Shown here: in pieces, positions 61,757-64,000 of the stretch | Layout of the letters: every line of letters starts with the position of its first letter | Numbering within the stretch: position 1 is the stretch's first letter | DNA from: an uncultured Candidatus Poseidoniales archaeon | GTDB lineage: Archaea; Thermoplasmatota; Poseidoniia; Poseidoniales; Poseidoniaceae | Reading direction: 5' to 3' | NCBI GenBank assembly: GCA_902605365.1 | Contig: CACLCM010000003.1 | Location: 13,040-77,039 of the forward strand | DNA length: 64,000 nt | The notes under the pieces: model-generated | Seen by the model: only the letters and a program-made list of their open reading frames with translations | Told to the model about the DNA's origin: nothing | Database searches by the model: none | Translations under genes and position numbers: made by a program

Positions 61757-63979
61757 ATGCCCACTGTTGTGTCGTTGTTCTCAGGAGGAGGAGGTATGCT
61801 TCGAGGGTTCACAGAATCCGGTTATGAATGTATATTCTCTACAGATATTATGCCTGATTCAAAAAATACTATACTTAAAAACCGACTTTCGAGAGTGCAT
61901 GAAACAAGAGATATCTCAACATTTGACCGTTCTGAAATTCAAGAAATAATCGGCGACCAAGATGTCGATGTTTTGGTAGGAGGCCCTCCATGTAAAGGAT
62001 TCACCAACATGGGTGATAAACTTGGAGATGATCCAAGAAACCATCTTGTTGATGCATACCTCAGGTTTGTCAGCTGGACAACTCCAAAGGTGGTTCTGAT
62101 GGAGAATGTTCCTGGGCTTCGAAATAAATACGGAGGTAAGTTTTTCTCAAAGATTGTGAATGGATTATCCAACGAAGGTTACGATGTTTATTCAATGATC
62201 CTGGATTCAAGTCAATATGGCGTCCCTCAGATTCGAAAAAGAATCTTCATCGTTGGGACAAAATGCGAGTGGGATTTCTCCTTCCCCAAACCCTCTCAAG
62301 AAGGACATGGTTCCATCGTCTCTCGTAGGAATGTTGGTGAAGCAATTATGGATTTAGTGAATGATTCGACTGCAATGAATCATCAAGCATTAAACCACAC
62401 TGATAAGGTTGTCAGACGGTACAAGCTTGTGCCAGAAGGTGGAAAATTACCTCCTCCCGAAGAGTTACCAATAGAAATCAGAAGGAAGAATTTTGGCAAT
62501 ACTTATCAGCGATTACATCGAAAGAAACCATCGACTACAATGGTTCCGGGCAATAATGCATTCCCCATCCATCCCATCCTCAATAGAAGTCTTACTCCGA
62601 GAGAAGCTGCTCGTCTACAATCATTCCCTGATACACATGAGTTTTTTGGGAGTCGTGCAGTGCAGTGTAAACTAGTTGGTCATGCTGTCCCTCCGCTCTT
62701 AGCGGCACACCTCGCACAATCTATTACAGACCATCTTTCTGGAGGCGATGGTAACCCAGCAAAATCTGATGAAGTTGTTCTGCGCAGAGGTGATGTGTTC
62801 AATAGCGGAGCGACTATCAAGAGTAAAAAGCACACATTTGTTGACTTGTTTTGCGGTTCGGGCGGTTTTGCTCGTGGATTTATTGAGGCTGGTTTCAAGT
62901 GCGTTGCTACAAGTGATTTTGATACATTTGTTGCAGAAGCACATCGAACAAACTTTCCGGATATCCCTCATGTCCACGGAGATATTTGTGAAACAATCGT
63001 AAAGCAAGAGATATACGCGATTATTGACAAGGCAAAAAAAGAGCATGGAGACATTGACTTGGTGGTAGGAGGACCTCCATGCCAAGGTTTTAGCATGGCT
63101 GGTAAAAGAAGACTGTCTGACTATGATGAAAGTGCAGAAAATGATGACAGAAATGATCTGATGGTTGATTTTTTGCGGGTTATCGAGCAAATCTCTCCAT
63201 GTTGGGTCATGATTGAAAATGTCCCCGGAATAACCTCCTTGAACGATGGCCTATACATCGAATGGCTACTTGATGAGTTGGATAGGATAGGATACAAGAT
63301 TGACCAAGACAACTGGCGCATTCTCAATGCAGCCGATTATGGAGTGCCCCAGAAGCGCCAACGATTTGTTTTAATCGCCCATAGAAAGAATTTGGGGGTT
63401 GACTATATTTTGCCATGGCCTAAGAAAAAATATTTTGGTAACCCAAGGAGCCATCAGAAACCTCATAGAACCGTTGCAGAAGTGATTTCAGATCTTACCG
63501 ATGAAACCACTTATGGAGAAATTGATGCGCACATTCCACCGAAACATCATCCCGTAGTCACAGAACGGTATGGATATGTACCTCAAGGGGAACGAATGAA
63601 CCCAGAAATTCTACCAGAACATTTGCGCATTGGCGTAAAAACTGGTAAGCCTATTGGGCGGTTCAACCACGTATTTTTCAGATTACATAACAATCGGCCA
63701 GCTACAACAATGGTGCCCGGTCATAACGCATTTCCAATCCATCCTACATTGAACCGAACCCTCACAATTCGTGAAGTCGCTCGGATTCAGACCTTCCCAG
63801 ATGACCACATCTTCGTGGGGCCAATTATCAATCGAGGCAAGCAGGTTGGTAATGCCTTCCCTCCGCTTCTAGCAAGTGTTATTGGAAGTCGCCTGCTTCG
63901 AATTATTAAAAATGCATGGACTAAGGACACCATTACTGATGCTGCTGCTTATTCAATGATTGATATTGGAAATATGTGA
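61757..63979 (+). CDS. Fusion of two complete DNA (cytosine-5) methyltransferase domains
   Basis: Domain 1: LFSGGGG, GGPPCKGF, ENVPGL, QIRKRIFIVG, LTPREAARLQSFPD, GHAVPP. Domain 2: LFCGSGGF, GGPPCQGFS, ENVPGI, QKRQRFVLIA, LTIREVARIQTFPD, GNAFPP. Confidence 0.9.
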   Translation: MPTVVSLFSGGGGMLRGFTESGYECIFSTDIMPDSKNTILKNRLSRVHETRDISTFDRSEIQEIIGDQDVDVLVGGPPCKGFTNMGDKLGDDPRNHLVDAYLRFVSWTTPKVVLMENVPGLRNKYGGKFFSKIVNGLSNEGYDVYSMILDSSQYGVPQIRKRIFIVGTKCEWDFSFPKPSQEGHGSIVSRRNVGEAIMDLVNDSTAMNHQALNHTDKVVRRYKLVPEGGKLPPPEELPIEIRRKNFGNTYQRLHRKKPSTTMVPGNNAFPIHPILNRSLTPREAARLQSFPDTHEFFGSRAVQCKLVGHAVPPLLAAHLAQSITDHLSGGDGNPAKSDEVVLRRGDVFNSGATIKSKKHTFVDLFCGSGGFARGFIEAGFKCVATSDFDTFVAEAHRTNFPDIPHVHGDICETIVKQEIYAIIDKAKKEHGDIDLVVGGPPCQGFSMAGKRRLSDYDESAENDDRNDLMVDFLRVIEQISPCWVMIENVPGITSLNDGLYIEWLLDELDRIGYKIDQDNWRILNAADYGVPQKRQRFVLIAHRKNLGVDYILPWPKKKYFGNPRSHQKPHRTVAEVISDLTDETTYGEIDAHIPPKHHPVVTERYGYVPQGERMNPEILPEHLRIGVKTGKPIGRFNHVFFRLHNNRPATTMVPGHNAFPIHPTLNRTLTIREVARIQTFPDDHIFVGPIINRGKQVGNAFPPLLASVIGSRLLRIIKNAWTKDTITDAAAYSMIDIGNM

Positions 63980-64000
63980 CAAACATTTTCACGGATCTGA

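Overview
This 64-kb window reads as an archaeal chromosome segment. The archaeal markers are a DnaG-type primase, a group II chaperonin, AlaX, a PilT/KH ATPase, and secreted proteins with SGC/AGC lipobox signals. By inference only, it resembles a planktonic Thermoplasmatota / Marine Group II genome. All functional calls come from motif recognition by eye; no searches were run.

Layout:
- 1-11.9 kb, core genes: the uvrA 3' end, a PurS-fused purL, purQ, alaX, an M50 protease, two paralogous M28 lipoprotein peptidases, a DDAH-like enzyme, and tRNA-Leu(GAG).
- 11.98-29.1 kb, accessory island directly 3' of the tRNA. It looks more AT-rich (not computed). It holds three orphan genes, a tightly coupled five-gene glycan-modification operon (two-domain GT2, RibA-NADAR fusion, AsnB-like, NAT-like, epimerase), two large secreted repeat proteins, and a multi-zinc-ribbon GIY-YIG/T5orf172-like nuclease.
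- 29.1-61.6 kb, core genes again: a DUF1295 protein, a Rieske oxygenase, aceE, a membrane-fused HerA-like ATPase, a DegT aminotransferase, a CYTH protein, a beta-propeller protein, a chaperonin, purH, purN, a TerB-containing operon, dnaG, and a cluster of three large low-complexity/TPR proteins.
- 61.76-63.98 kb: a fused double C5 DNA methyltransferase.

The most distinctive signal seen directly in the DNA is a family of structured intergenic repeats. Its motifs are GGGTAGCGTCTG, GACCCACTGC, GCAAGCCC and GCAATGGGTA, plus CAAAGGGG-n-CCCCTTTG-type palindromes. The repeats separate almost every gene cassette of the island. Two ~80-nt direct copies (about 80-85 % identical by eye) sit at its edges. 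Further copies lie at 303-340 and 61.64-61.70 kb. No CRISPR array, rRNA gene, integrase or transposase was recognised.
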